DNA from: an uncultured Bacteroidales bacterium
GTDB lineage: Bacteria > Bacteroidota > Bacteroidia > Bacteroidales > VadinHA17
Reading direction: 5' to 3'
NCBI GenBank assembly: GCA_963780735.1
Contig: CAWADB010000001.1
Coordinates: forward strand, 53,205 to 117,204
DNA length: 64,000 nt
Shown: piece after piece, positions 1 to 9,122 of the stretch
Layout of the letters: each line of letters opens with the position of its first letter
Numbering within the stretch: position 1 is the stretch's first letter
The notes under the pieces: model-generated
Told to the model about the DNA's origin: nothing
The model's database searches: none
Seen by the model: the letters and a program-made list of their open reading frames with translations, nothing else
Made by a program: the position numbers and the translations under genes

Positions 1-724
1 TGGATATCACATCGGTGTAGGTGATGGTCTTGCCGCTGAAGCTTACTATCTGATCAAAAATTGAGAGTGCATCACGCATGGCGCCGTCTGCTTTGGTAGC
101 GATGACATGCAGGGCCTCATGCTCAGCCTTAACGCTCTCGTTGCCGGCCACCCAGCTGAGGCGGTTCACAATGTCATCGACGTTGATGCGGTTGAAGTCA
201 AATATCTGGCACCGCGAAAGGATCGTCGGAATTATCTTGTGCTTCTCTGTGGTGGCGAGTATAAAGATGGCATGTGACGGCGGTTCCTCAAGCGTTTTCA
301 GGAAAGCATTGAAGGCGGAGGCCGAAAGCATGTGAACCTCATCAATTATATAAACGCTGAACTTACCTATCTGCGGCGGGATCCTCACCTGATCAGTCAG
401 ATTGCGTATGTCATCAACGCTGTTATTTGAGGCACCGTCAAGTTCATGTATATTGAATGATGCCTGGGAATTGAATGAAAGGCACGATTCGCAGTGGTCA
501 CAGGGTTCACTGTCAGGACCCGGTTCAGAGCAGTTAATGGTCTTTGCAAAGATCCTGGCACAGGTAGTCTTGCCGACACCCCGGGGGCCACAGAAGAGGT
601 AGGCCTGCGACAGGTGATTGTTCTTTATTGCATTCTTCAGGGTTGTCGTGATGGTATCCTGTCCGACAACCATGTCAAAGGTGGCAGGTCTGTACTTGCG
701 GGCAGAAACAATAAAATTATCCAT
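1..724 (-). CDS. dnaX: DNA polymerase III subunit gamma/tau, N-terminal part (3' end runs off the window edge)
   Basis: Absent from the ORF track because it stays open to the window edge. My minus-strand translation from ATG (724-722) reads MDNFIVSARKYRPATFDMVVGQ...YLFCGPRGVGKTTCARIFAKTINCSEPGPDSEPCDHCESC...VYIIDEVHMLS...FLKTLEEPPSHAIFILATTE...ILSRCQ. These are the clamp-loader Walker A, Zn module, DExx and SRC motifs. The frame is continuous to base 1. Confidence 0.9.
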   Translation of the reverse strand, partial: MDNFIVSARKYRPATFDMVVGQDTITTTLKNAIKNNHLSQAYLFCGPRGVGKTTCARIFAKTINCSEPGPDSEPCDHCESCLSFNSQASFNIHELDGASNNSVDDIRNLTDQVRIPPQIGKFSVYIIDEVHMLSASAFNAFLKTLEEPPSHAIFILATTEKHKIIPTILSRCQIFDFNRINVDDIVNRLSWVAGNESVKAEHEALHVIATKADGAMRDALSIFDQIVSFSGKTITYTDVIS

Positions 725-760
725 ATCCGATATCAGCGCATTCTTAGGTTATACCATCCA

Positions 761-768
761 CAAATATA
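761..768 (-). promoter_or_regulatory. Bacteroidota-type -7 promoter box (TATATTTG) upstream of dnaX
   Basis: The reverse complement of caaatata matches TAnnTTTG exactly. It lies 36 nt upstream of the dnaX ATG. Confidence 0.4.
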
Positions 769-811
769 GTCAAATAGTTCCGCGAATATTTTTTTTTAAG
801 ATTTATTGTCT

Positions 812-819
812 TACTTTTG
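812..819 (+). promoter_or_regulatory. Bacteroidota-type -7 promoter box (TACTTTTG) upstream of rpsF
   Basis: Exact TAnnTTTG match about 37 nt upstream of the rpsF ATG at 857. Confidence 0.45.
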
Positions 820-856
820 CAACCCGAATTATAAACAAAATTACAAACCAAAAGAG

Positions 857-1210
857 ATGTTAAATCAGTACGAAACCGTTTTCATTGCAACTCCCGTTTT
901 ATCTGAAAATCAGATGAAGGAAGCGGTCCAGAAATTCAAGAAGATCATCACTGACAATCAGGGTGACATCGTTCATGAAGAGAACTGGGGCCTGAAGAAA
1001 CTCGCTTATCCCATTCAGAAAAAATCAACCGGGTTCTATTACCTTGTTGAGTTCAAAGGGCCGGGTGAGTTGATAGATAAATTAGAAGTGCAGTACAGAA
1101 GGGATGAGAGGATCATCCGCTTCCTGACCTTCCGTATGGATAAGTATTCTGTTGAATACGCCGAGAAGAAGAGAAAAATGAGAGCAAACGAGAAAGTCAA
1201 GGAGGAATAA
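857..1210 (+). CDS. rpsF: 30S ribosomal protein S6
   Basis: ORF 806..1210. The internal ATG at 857 gives [19 protein letters not shown]...[21 protein letters not shown], the canonical S6 N-terminus. It is followed by rpsR and rplI. Confidence 0.95.
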   Translation: MLNQYETVFIATPVLSENQMKEAVQKFKKIITDNQGDIVHEENWGLKKLAYPIQKKSTGFYYLVEFKGPGELIDKLEVQYRRDERIIRFLTFRMDKYSVEYAEKKRKMRANEKVKEE

Positions 1211-1212
1211 AC

Positions 1213-1482
1213 ATGGCACAGAACAACTCAGAGATAAGGTATCTTACTCCTCCGACAGTAGAGATCAAGAAGAAGAAATACTGCAGGTTTAAGAAAAACA
1301 AGATCAAGTACATTGACTATAAGGATCCCGAATTCCTTAAGAAGTTTCTGAATGAGCAGGGCAAGATTTTGCCTCGCCGTATCACCGGCACCTCGCTGAA
1401 GTATCAGAGAAGGGTCGCCAAGGCTATCAAGAGGGCGCGCCATCTTGCTATGCTTCCTTATGTAGCTGATCTTTTAAAGTAA
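1213..1482 (+). CDS. rpsR: 30S ribosomal protein S18
   Basis: 89 aa with ...[18 protein letters not shown]...[31 protein letters not shown], the S18 signature. It sits in the rpsF-rpsR-rplI order. Confidence 0.95.
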   Translation: MAQNNSEIRYLTPPTVEIKKKKYCRFKKNKIKYIDYKDPEFLKKFLNEQGKILPRRITGTSLKYQRRVAKAIKRARHLAMLPYVADLLK

Positions 1483-1495
1483 AGGAGGAAGAGAT

Positions 1496-1942
1496 ATGAA
1501 AATTATTCTCAAGCAGGATTACGAAAAGCTTGGTCTGAAGAACGATATCATTACCGTCAAGACCGGGTATGCGAGGAATTACCTCATCCCCCAGGGATTT
1601 GCCGTTCAGGCCACCGGCTCGGCCGTTAAAGTGCACAATGAGAACCTGAAGCAGAGGGCTCATAAGGAAGAGAAGATCAGAAATGAAGCTGAAAAGATTG
1701 CTGAAAAGCTCGGCACTGTCAAGCTGGTCATCGGCGCAAAAGTAAGCTCAGCAGGAAAGATCTTCGGTTCGGTCAATACCATCCAGATAGCGGAAGCGCT
1801 GAAGGAAAAAGGGTTTGATATTGAACGTAAGAATATCCTCCTCGGCGAAGAGACAATTAAAGAAGTAGGACACTACAAAGCCGTTGTCAAACTCCACAGA
1901 GATGTTAAGGTTGATGTTGATTTTGAGGTAAAGGCCGAATAA
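1496..1942 (+). CDS. rplI: 50S ribosomal protein L9
   Basis: 148 aa starting MKIILKQDYEKLGLKNDIITVKTGYARNYLIPQGFAV, the L9 N-domain. It is the third gene of the S6 operon. Confidence 0.95.
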   Translation: MKIILKQDYEKLGLKNDIITVKTGYARNYLIPQGFAVQATGSAVKVHNENLKQRAHKEEKIRNEAEKIAEKLGTVKLVIGAKVSSAGKIFGSVNTIQIAEALKEKGFDIERKNILLGEETIKEVGHYKAVVKLHRDVKVDVDFEVKAE

Positions 1943-1973
1943 ACGGAAATATAATCAGTTTAAAATTCACGTA

Positions 1974-2005
1974 GAGGCCGGTCTCAGACCGGCCTCTGCT
2001 GTTTT
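1974..2005. terminator. Intrinsic terminator hairpin between convergent rplI and ridA
   Basis: Perfect 10-bp stem gaggccggtc/gaccggcctc (1974-1983 / 1987-1996) with a 3-nt loop. It is followed by tgctgtttt on the + strand. Confidence 0.7.
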
Positions 2006-2381
2006 ATTTCACTGCAATTGTTTCAATTTCGATCAGCCCTCCGAGCGGGAGGCCCTTTACTGCAAAAGCAGCCCTGGCAGGCTGATCCGATATATAAAAC
2101 CTGGCGTACACCTCATTCATGGCTTTGAAATCCGACATATCTGCCAGGAGACATGTCGACTTGACCACATTATTGACTGAATATCCTGCGGCCAGAAGAA
2201 TGGCTTTAATGTTCTTCAGAACCTGCGTCGTCTGTTCTGTAATGCCTCCCTCAACGATCTTTCCAGTGGCAGGGTCAATAGCCACTTGCCCTGAAATGTA
2301 GAGTGTCCCGTTGACCTCCACAGCCTGGCTGTAGGGTCCGATAGCTCCAGGAGCAGCTGTAGTGCTGATGATTTTTTTCAT
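2004..2381 (-). CDS. ridA: RidA/YjgF family reactive-intermediate deaminase
   Basis: ORF 2004..2414. The internal ATG at 2381 gives MKKIISTTAAPGAIGPYSQAVEVNGTLYISGQ...DMSDFKAMNEVYARFY...PARAAFAVKGLPLGGLIEIE, typical of the YjgF/RidA family. Confidence 0.9.
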   Translation of the reverse strand: MKKIISTTAAPGAIGPYSQAVEVNGTLYISGQVAIDPATGKIVEGGITEQTTQVLKNIKAILLAAGYSVNNVVKSTCLLADMSDFKAMNEVYARFYISDQPARAAFAVKGLPLGGLIEIETIAVK

Positions 2382-2400
2382 TCCTGATGATTTTATTTCG

Positions 2401-5147
2401 TTATAAATTTTCATGATAGTCTTTTTTGCGCTCGTACTTGAGATCCTGCAGCAGGCCGGCTTTTGCCCTTATGGTGAAGTTCCAGCTCTTCATGTAACCT
2501 ATCGGTATCCATGAAAAATTCATCTCCCAGCAATGCAGGTCGCGTGAGATACTCACCCTGCTCATTGTGATCTCGTGCTGATCGAAGTCGTAACCTGTGC
2601 TGTAATTTATTGCCATCTTGGGCGTAAGTCTCAGGTCACCCGAGAGAGTCATCGTCTGTGAAATATCTGACTCGAACGCGGGCTTTCTGTAGTTGAAGTT
2701 ATAAGCCATCCTGAGCGACCACGGAACATCAAATCTCGCATATCCGTACTCGTCATATTCCCGGTTGTCGAGAGGCAGGTTACCGCCACCGCGTGCTCCC
2801 TCCTGTCTCTCTCCGCCAGCTGGCTGTCCCGAACCTGAGGATGTCTGCTGCCTGGCCTTCTCCTTCCGCTGCAGGAGCCGGCCCAGGTCAAGGTCAACAC
2901 TTGTAGTGAAGTTGGTCATCCTGAACAGCCCGTAGCCCTGGCTGATGGCGAGCTCTGACACAGTGGTTCCCTGTTCACTGATACCGTATATCGACAGGCT
3001 GCTGCTTGCCATCAGGTTAATATTTTCCGCAAGCGTGGTTCGGAACTGGGCTGTGACGGGTGCCCAGTTCAGGGAATCTGAAAAAATGTTATAGGAGGTA
3101 TTGAAAGACAGGTTATCTATCAGTTTGATCTTTTTCGGCTTGCCCGTCGTGTCATTCCTTGTAAATACCTTGGCTTCCACTATATTTACGATGCTGAATG
3201 TCAGAGATCCGGCACGTGTGCCGCCGGTCAGGAGTGCCATAGATGGCTCCCTCATAAATAGAATACTCCTTTTCATGGCCAAGAGTATCATATTGAACAG
3301 TTTTATACATGTCACTCACCAGCCAGTCAAGCTCCGGAGAGTATGAAAACCCCATGGAGGGTTTTATCAGATGCCGTATCGTTTCAATTTTTGAACCCTT
3401 CTTTGTGAAACTGAACCGGCCGTCAAGCTGTGTGTTGTAAGATGCGCTTATTGACGGTATGAGTGACTGTCCGTACGACAAACCCCTGATTGTATCATTA
3501 ATTACTGACGGGACGATCTTATTCAGTGATTCATTATAGTATGTCGGATCCCACCTCTTTTCTATCTCCTGGGTATACAAAACCCCGGTATATCTCACCT
3601 GGGGAGATATGGAGAAATTCTTGAACGGCCTGATCTGCATGCTTAAAGGGATTTCATGCTTAAACCCATTCTTCATGTTGTCCCATGTCTGGCTGGTAAA
3701 AAGCAGGCTGTCATAGGTGTCAACCTTGTTTTCAAGTGAGGCGGAATACTGCGATTGAATATCGTGATACCAGCGCTTTTTGATGACAGGTTTTCTCGGC
3801 TTGAAGGGATAAATTCTCGATACCGTGAAGCTGGCTTTAGGAAGGTTCAGCTGCAGGGTCTTGTTCTGCACGTTCTGGCTCTGGTTAAGGCTTGTGGAGA
3901 AGGCAAACGGCGTTCCGGCCCAGTTTCTGGAATAGCTTATGCTTGACTGCCTGGTTGTGGTGACATGATCAGCCACCTCGTAACTGTTTTCTTTATCGTA
4001 CCCGCTTGAGCTCATGTTGACGCTTGCGGAGAATCGTGAGCCGGGACTTGCCTTGGTGTCCTGGGCATGTGACCATGTCAGGCGGTAGTTGGTTGACGTG
4101 CCATAATCGGGTAACCCCTTGTAACTGGTCACGTTGTTGGCATAACTGAATCCAAAGGATCCCGAAAACCGGTATCTCAGCCTGTATGTCGTCCCTGCAT
4201 CTGCAAGCCAGGTTCCGTTGGTGTAGGCAGTTCCCGTGAGCTTCAGGTCAAAATAGTCGGTGAGGGCAAAATAGTACCCCCCGTTGGAAAGAAAATAGCC
4301 TCTGCGTGCCTCAGACCCGTATTTTGGCATTATGATGCCGGAAGCCCTTCGCTGCTGCACCGGGAAAAATCCGAAAGGTACTATCAGAGGCAGAGGTACA
4401 TCAGCTATCACCATATAGGCAGGGCCTGAAACCATCTTTTCACCCGGATACACCTTTGCCCTGTTCAGTGCGAGATAAAAGTGGGGGTCTTCCAGATCGC
4501 AGGTAGTGAATTTGCTTTTATTCACATGCAATGTACCGTCTTCCTGCCGCTTTGTCTTCTGACTCTGAAGGAAACCACCCTCCTGCTCGGTGGTAATATT
4601 CTGGATCACACCCTTTCTCGACTTGAAGTTATAAGTGAGCTCCTTGGATTCGAATTCTTCAGAACCGTCTTTAAATACAGGCTTTCCGGCCATTTTTCCT
4701 GTGGAATCGATCCTGCCCGTTGCATAGACTGACCCATGTCTCCATGTTAAGGACTATTGAATCAGCCGTAAGTTCTATGGTGCCGTAGGTGACCTTTGCA
4801 TTCTGAACGAGGCTCACCTTTTTTGTCCTGAGATCTGTCTTCATGTACCCCTCAGCGTTGTACACGATAGGAAGGTCAACAGCATCAGGTGATATGGTTA
4901 TTGCGCTGTCTGCAACAAGGGTGTCAGGGGGTAAAAACACATCCCTGTCAAAGAGTGTGTCGAATTCCTGAACGGTCTCCGCCCTCTTAAGGGAGTCCGG
5001 ATTAAATAGTACATCAGGACTGGCAGGTTCCTGGCCATAAAGCGCGGCCGGGAAAAGGAGCGGCATGAAAATTGTCACAAATGATCTTTGTGATTTAAAA
5101 TGCAAGTTAAATGCTATTTTTGCGTAATATTTGTGCCAATACCACAT
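2401..5147 (-). pseudogene. Large LptD/OstA-like outer-membrane LPS-assembly protein, interrupted by two +1 frame breaks (possible assembly artefact)
   Basis: Three collinear ORFs (4671..5258, 3152..4693, 2401..3315) read as one protein of about 915 aa. The first junction is ...TYGTIELTADSIVLNMET|GSVYATGRIDSTGKMAGKPVFKDGSEEFESKELTYNFKSRKG, with an extra base at about 4736. The second is ...EYSIYEGAIYGTP|TGGTRAGSLTFSIVNIVEAKV, with an extra base at about 3229. The OstA-like N-domain followed by a long beta-barrel-like region is typical of Bacteroidota LptD-like proteins. The start is uncertain: ATG at 5147, or TTG at 5105 giving MHFKSQRSFVTIFMPLLFPAALYGQ. Confidence 0.7.
5115..5122 (+). promoter_or_regulatory. 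-7 promoter box (TATTTTTG) for the amidase gene
   Basis: Exact TAnnTTTG match in the divergent intergenic region between the LptD-like and amidase genes. Confidence 0.4.
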
Positions 5148-5155
5148 GCTAGCGG

Positions 5156-5163
5156 CAAAACTA
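5156..5163 (-). promoter_or_regulatory. -7 promoter box (TAGTTTTG) for the LptD-like gene
   Basis: The reverse complement of caaaacta matches TAnnTTTG. It ends 8 nt upstream of the candidate ATG at 5147 and 50 nt upstream of the alternative TTG at 5105. Confidence 0.35.
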
Positions 5164-5184
5164 ATTAAAATTCGTAAAGCAGTA

Positions 5185-6420
5185 ATGCAGCAGAGCTCCA
5201 AATTCAGAGGGTTAAGAGTTATTCTGACCTTTGCCTTTCTGATGGCCTCAATTACCATGCCACATGGGGTATGGTCACAGGCGGCACCGTTGCTTGACGA
5301 CTGGGTTGTGGTTATTGATGCCGGTCACGGCGGCAAGGACCCCGGGACAGTCGGACTGAAGGCGAAGGAAAAGGATATAAACCTGGCAGTGGCGCTCAGA
5401 ACAGGAAAGTATATTAAGGAAAACCTTAAAGATGTTAAGGTGATCTACAGTCGTGATGATGATACTTTCATCGGCCTCGCCGAACGGGCTGAGGTGGCAA
5501 ACCGGAACAAGGCGGATATTTTCATCTCCATCCACTCCAATGCTATGAACGACAAGCGTTTCACAGGCGCTGAGACATGGGTTCTCGGTCAAAGCAAGGA
5601 TGATGCCAATCTGCAGGTGGCCATGAAGGAAAACTCAGTAATTACCTTCGAGAAGGATTACCAGGCTAAATATGAAGGTTATGATCCCAATTCAGTCGAA
5701 TCCTTCATCATCTTCTCTCTGATGCAGAACACATATCTCAAGCAGAGTACGGAATTTGCCTCGATGATCCAGGATCAGATCAGGGACCGCGTCGGCAGAA
5801 AGGACCGCGGGGTCAAACAGGCAGGCTTCGTTGTACTATGGAGAACAACAATGCCCTCCGTGCTGGTTGAGCTTGGTTTTCTCTCCAATGCCGAAGAGGA
5901 ACAATACCTCATCTCAGAAACGGGACAGGACTATCTGGCCTCAGCTATTTACAGGGCATTCAGGGATTATAAACATACAATTGATAACCGGTCAGGATTA
6001 AACGCAAACGGGACTGTTCACAGTGAAACGGCAGTTCCTGTTAAAGAGGACAGTACAGTCAGGCCTGCCGCCGAAGTTAAAAAGGAGGAAGCCGCACCAC
6101 CGGCACCGGTACCCCCCCTGACGGAGATAAGGTCTGACGTGGTGGCAGATGACATTATTTTTATGGTTCAGATCTCAGCGATGCCTAAGGACAAGCCAAT
6201 GAGCCAGAGCCAGCTCTCAGGTATCGAAAAAGTAACAAAAATAGAAGAAGGCGAACGGATCAAGTACGGAGCAGGCAGCTTCAGCGTTTATGAAGATGCC
6301 GTCAAATACAGAAGGACACTTACACTCGGGTTTCCTGACGCGTTTGTCATTGCTGTAAGGAACGGAAAGATCATTCCCCTGAAAGAAGCGATAGAAGCAA
6401 AAAAAACAAAGCAACAGTAA
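5185..6420 (+). CDS. N-acetylmuramoyl-L-alanine amidase (Amidase_3/AmiC-like) with C-terminal SPOR domain
   Basis: ORF 5131..6420. A start at 5185 gives the signal-like MQQSSKFRGLRVILTFAFLMASI. The amidase core is VVVIDAGHGGKDPG...ADIFISIHSNA...GFVVLWRTTMPSVLVELGFLSN. A Pro/Ala linker follows, then the SPOR-like tail IFMVQISAMP...YGAGSFSVYEDAVKYRRTL..GFPDAFVIA. Confidence 0.85.
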   Translation: MQQSSKFRGLRVILTFAFLMASITMPHGVWSQAAPLLDDWVVVIDAGHGGKDPGTVGLKAKEKDINLAVALRTGKYIKENLKDVKVIYSRDDDTFIGLAERAEVANRNKADIFISIHSNAMNDKRFTGAETWVLGQSKDDANLQVAMKENSVITFEKDYQAKYEGYDPNSVESFIIFSLMQNTYLKQSTEFASMIQDQIRDRVGRKDRGVKQAGFVVLWRTTMPSVLVELGFLSNAEEEQYLISETGQDYLASAIYRAFRDYKHTIDNRSGLNANGTVHSETAVPVKEDSTVRPAAEVKKEEAAPPAPVPPLTEIRSDVVADDIIFMVQISAMPKDKPMSQSQLSGIEKVTKIEEGERIKYGAGSFSVYEDAVKYRRTLTLGFPDAFVIAVRNGKIIPLKEAIEAKKTKQQ

Positions 6421-6421
6421 T

Positions 6422-7366
6422 ATGAACAAAATATCACATGAAGTCAAAATCGGGGCTGTGGCTCTTATCACCCTCATTGCTTTTATCCTGATGTTTAATT
6501 TCCTTAAGGGTTCCGCTCTTTTTACAAGTACTGACACCTATCATATTGTCTACAGCAATATTGCAGGCCTGACAGAATCGAGCCCGGTGGAGATAAACGG
6601 TTACCAGGCAGGTGTGGTACAGGACATCAAGCTTATCAATGACGGAAGCGGTTTGCTTGCCGTTTCTATTTCTGTCGACAGGAATTTCAACATTCCGGTT
6701 GGAACAAAGGCGGAGATCACAACTGCAACCCTGATAGCAGGTATGAAAATTATACTGCGCATGGGTGACAGCAGTGTGATGCATCACAACCATGACACTC
6801 TTGAGGGTTACGTAGCCACAAGTATAATTGACAGGCTGAGCCAGACACTTTCTCCGATTGAGGGTAATATAACCGACATGGTTGTGAAACTTGACTCTGT
6901 CGTTTCAAGCATTAACAGCCTGCTCTCCCCGCAGGTGACATCGGACATAAAGTCGGCAGTAAGCAATGTCAATGGCATAACGGCCAATCTGAGGGAGATA
7001 TCGGACAAGGAAAAGGATGAGCTTATGGCTTCTATTGAAGACCTGAAAAAATTTACAACAATGCTGTCATCCAACAGTTCCACACTGGATGCTTCACTTA
7101 AAAACCTTGCCGCAATTACTGACACGGTGGCCTCAGCAGACCTCTCCTCATCTCTTGCCTCACTTAAAACTTCGCTCGGGCATGTAAGCGAACTGGTGGA
7201 TGGCATGAGCAAAGGCCAGGGTTCTGTCGGAAAACTGATGACAAATGACAGCCTCTACACTAATCTTAACAACACTCTTCACAGTCTCGACCTCCTTTTG
7301 CAGGATATGCAGGCAAATCCTAAAAAATATGTTCACTTCTCCCTTTTTGGCAAAAAGGCAGAATAA
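6422..7366 (+). CDS. MlaD/MCE-family protein
   Basis: 314 aa with an N-terminal TM helix. An MCE fold region follows (YHIVYSNIAGLTESSPVEINGYQAGVVQDIKL...), then a long coiled, Ser/Leu-rich C-terminus. It starts 1 nt after the amidase stop. Confidence 0.8.
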   Translation: MNKISHEVKIGAVALITLIAFILMFNFLKGSALFTSTDTYHIVYSNIAGLTESSPVEINGYQAGVVQDIKLINDGSGLLAVSISVDRNFNIPVGTKAEITTATLIAGMKIILRMGDSSVMHHNHDTLEGYVATSIIDRLSQTLSPIEGNITDMVVKLDSVVSSINSLLSPQVTSDIKSAVSNVNGITANLREISDKEKDELMASIEDLKKFTTMLSSNSSTLDASLKNLAAITDTVASADLSSSLASLKTSLGHVSELVDGMSKGQGSVGKLMTNDSLYTNLNNTLHSLDLLLQDMQANPKKYVHFSLFGKKAE

Positions 7367-7691
7367 TTTGTAGCATTTTTGCTAAACAGAAATGAATCAT
7401 GCCATTGCAGATGCCTGATTTTTTCATCCGGCTCTTCCTTAAATCGTGATAAATATTTTTTCTTTTTTCTAACGTGTTGTCTTACATTACATTCCTTTTA
7501 TATATCTGATAATCAGGCAATTATTTTTTTTATTTATTTTTTTAACTATAAGGACCTGATGCTCATGTCAGTATGAAATAAATGTAAAAGTCAAGCGAAA
7601 AAAGTTTTTTTTTTTACCTTTTTTTTTACAAATATTGTCACGGGTTTCGGCACCAGAAAAAAGTACTGGAATTTTCGTAATTTTACTTTAA

Positions 7692-9122
7692 ATGAACAAG
7701 TCACACGATGAGGTTTGGAATAACTGTCTGGAGATAATCCGTGATATAATTCCTTCAGCCAGTTTTAAGACATGGTTTGAGCCGATTGTTCCGCTGAGGC
7801 TCGAAAAGAATATTCTGACAATACAGGTTCCCAGCCCTTTTTTTTACGAATACCTGGAAGAGCAATATATTGATATCCTCCGCAAGACGCTGAGGCGTGA
7901 GATAGGAAACGAAGCCAAGCTTGAGTACAATATTATCATGGAAAACTCGGGCTACAGTAATGGCAAGCCTTATACAGTCAAGTATCCTTCAAGGAACAAG
8001 AGTGATTTGAACAATAAGCCGATGCAGGTTCCTTTTGAGGTTACCCAGCCGGCTATCAGGAATCCCTTCATCATCCCCGGCATCAAGAAACTTCATTTTG
8101 ATCCCCGGCTCAACCCTGATTATTCATTTGCGAATTTCATTGAAGGTGAATGCAACAGGCTGGCCCGTTCAGCCGGTATTGCCGTCGGAAACAATCCCGG
8201 CGGAACTGCCTTTAACCCGTTGATGGTCTACGGTGACTCCGGTCTTGGCAAGACACACCTTGTACAGGCAATAGGTATCCTTGTCAAGGAGAAGTACCCT
8301 GATAAAACTGTGCTTTACGTCAATGCCAACAAATTCCAGACGCAGTTTGTCGAATCTATCAGGAACAATAACAAGAATGATTTCCTCCATTTCTATCAGA
8401 TGATTGACGTGCTCATCATTGATGACGTTCATGAGTTTGCAGGTAAGGAGAAGACCCAGGATACTTTCTTCCACATTTTCAATCATCTCCATCAGTCCGG
8501 AAAACAGCTGATACTCACCTGCGACAAACCGCCGGTTGAGTTACAGGGCATGGAGCAGCGCCTGCTGTCACGGTTCAAATGGGGATTGCTGGCTGACCTG
8601 CAGAAGCCTGATTATGAAACGAGGCTCGCCATCCTTAGAAAAAAGGCGTATAATGACGGCATTGAGCTTCCTGATGAGATCTTTGAATTCCTTGCCGAGA
8701 ACATATCATCAAATATCAGGGAACTTGAATCCGGGCTCATCTCTCTTTATGCACAGTCGACGCTTAACCGCAAAGAGGTGACACTCGAGCTTGCACGCCA
8801 GATGGTGGACAGGCTGGTGAACACGCAGCGCAGAGAGATTACAATTGATTACATTCAGAAAGTTGTGTGTGATTATTACAAGATTGCAGTTGATCAGATG
8901 CAGGGCAAGACCCGCAAGCGGGAGATAGTGCAGGCAAGGCAGGTGTCAATGTATTTCTCAAAGAACCTGACAAAGGCTTCACTGGCAAGCATCGGATCAT
9001 GCATCGGCGGCAAGGATCATGCAACCGTACTGCATGCATGCAAGACTGTCAATAACCTTATTGATACAGACCGTCACTTCAGGAACCAGATCCTGGAAAT
9101 AGAGAAAAAACTTAAGGTATGA
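7692..9122 (+). CDS. dnaA: Chromosomal replication initiator protein DnaA
   Basis: 476 aa. Motifs are FANFIEGECNRLA, the Walker A VYGDSGLGKTHL, the Walker B VLIIDDVHEFAGKEKTQ, the sensor NIRELE, and the C-terminal DNA-binding region R.REIV.ARQVSMYF....T..SLASIG...GGKDHATVLHA. Confidence 0.97.
   Translation: MNKSHDEVWNNCLEIIRDIIPSASFKTWFEPIVPLRLEKNILTIQVPSPFFYEYLEEQYIDILRKTLRREIGNEAKLEYNIIMENSGYSNGKPYTVKYPSRNKSDLNNKPMQVPFEVTQPAIRNPFIIPGIKKLHFDPRLNPDYSFANFIEGECNRLARSAGIAVGNNPGGTAFNPLMVYGDSGLGKTHLVQAIGILVKEKYPDKTVLYVNANKFQTQFVESIRNNNKNDFLHFYQMIDVLIIDDVHEFAGKEKTQDTFFHIFNHLHQSGKQLILTCDKPPVELQGMEQRLLSRFKWGLLADLQKPDYETRLAILRKKAYNDGIELPDEIFEFLAENISSNIRELESGLISLYAQSTLNRKEVTLELARQMVDRLVNTQRREITIDYIQKVVCDYYKIAVDQMQGKTRKREIVQARQVSMYFSKNLTKASLASIGSCIGGKDHATVLHACKTVNNLIDTDRHFRNQILEIEKKLKV

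Noticed and set aside
748-762. Near DnaA box (ccatccaca) between dnaX and rpsF
   Set aside because: It is a single 7/9 match, isolated, and overlaps the likely dnaX promoter. It is not evidence for an origin or for regulation.
2401-5258. Treating 4671..5258, 3152..4693 and 2401..3315 as three separate genes
   Set aside because: The fragments overlap, are collinear and continue one LptD-like sequence across both junctions. They are one interrupted gene.
7379-7576. 65-aa ORF in the dnaA upstream region
   Set aside because: Its translation is driven by T-runs (Phe/Leu/Ile-rich nonsense). It has no start context, and it lies in a likely promoter region.
7367-7691. Calling the AT-rich dnaA upstream region oriC
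   Set aside because: I found no DnaA-box 9-mers within one mismatch of TTATCCACA on either strand. Composition alone is insufficient, so it is kept only as a low-interest question.
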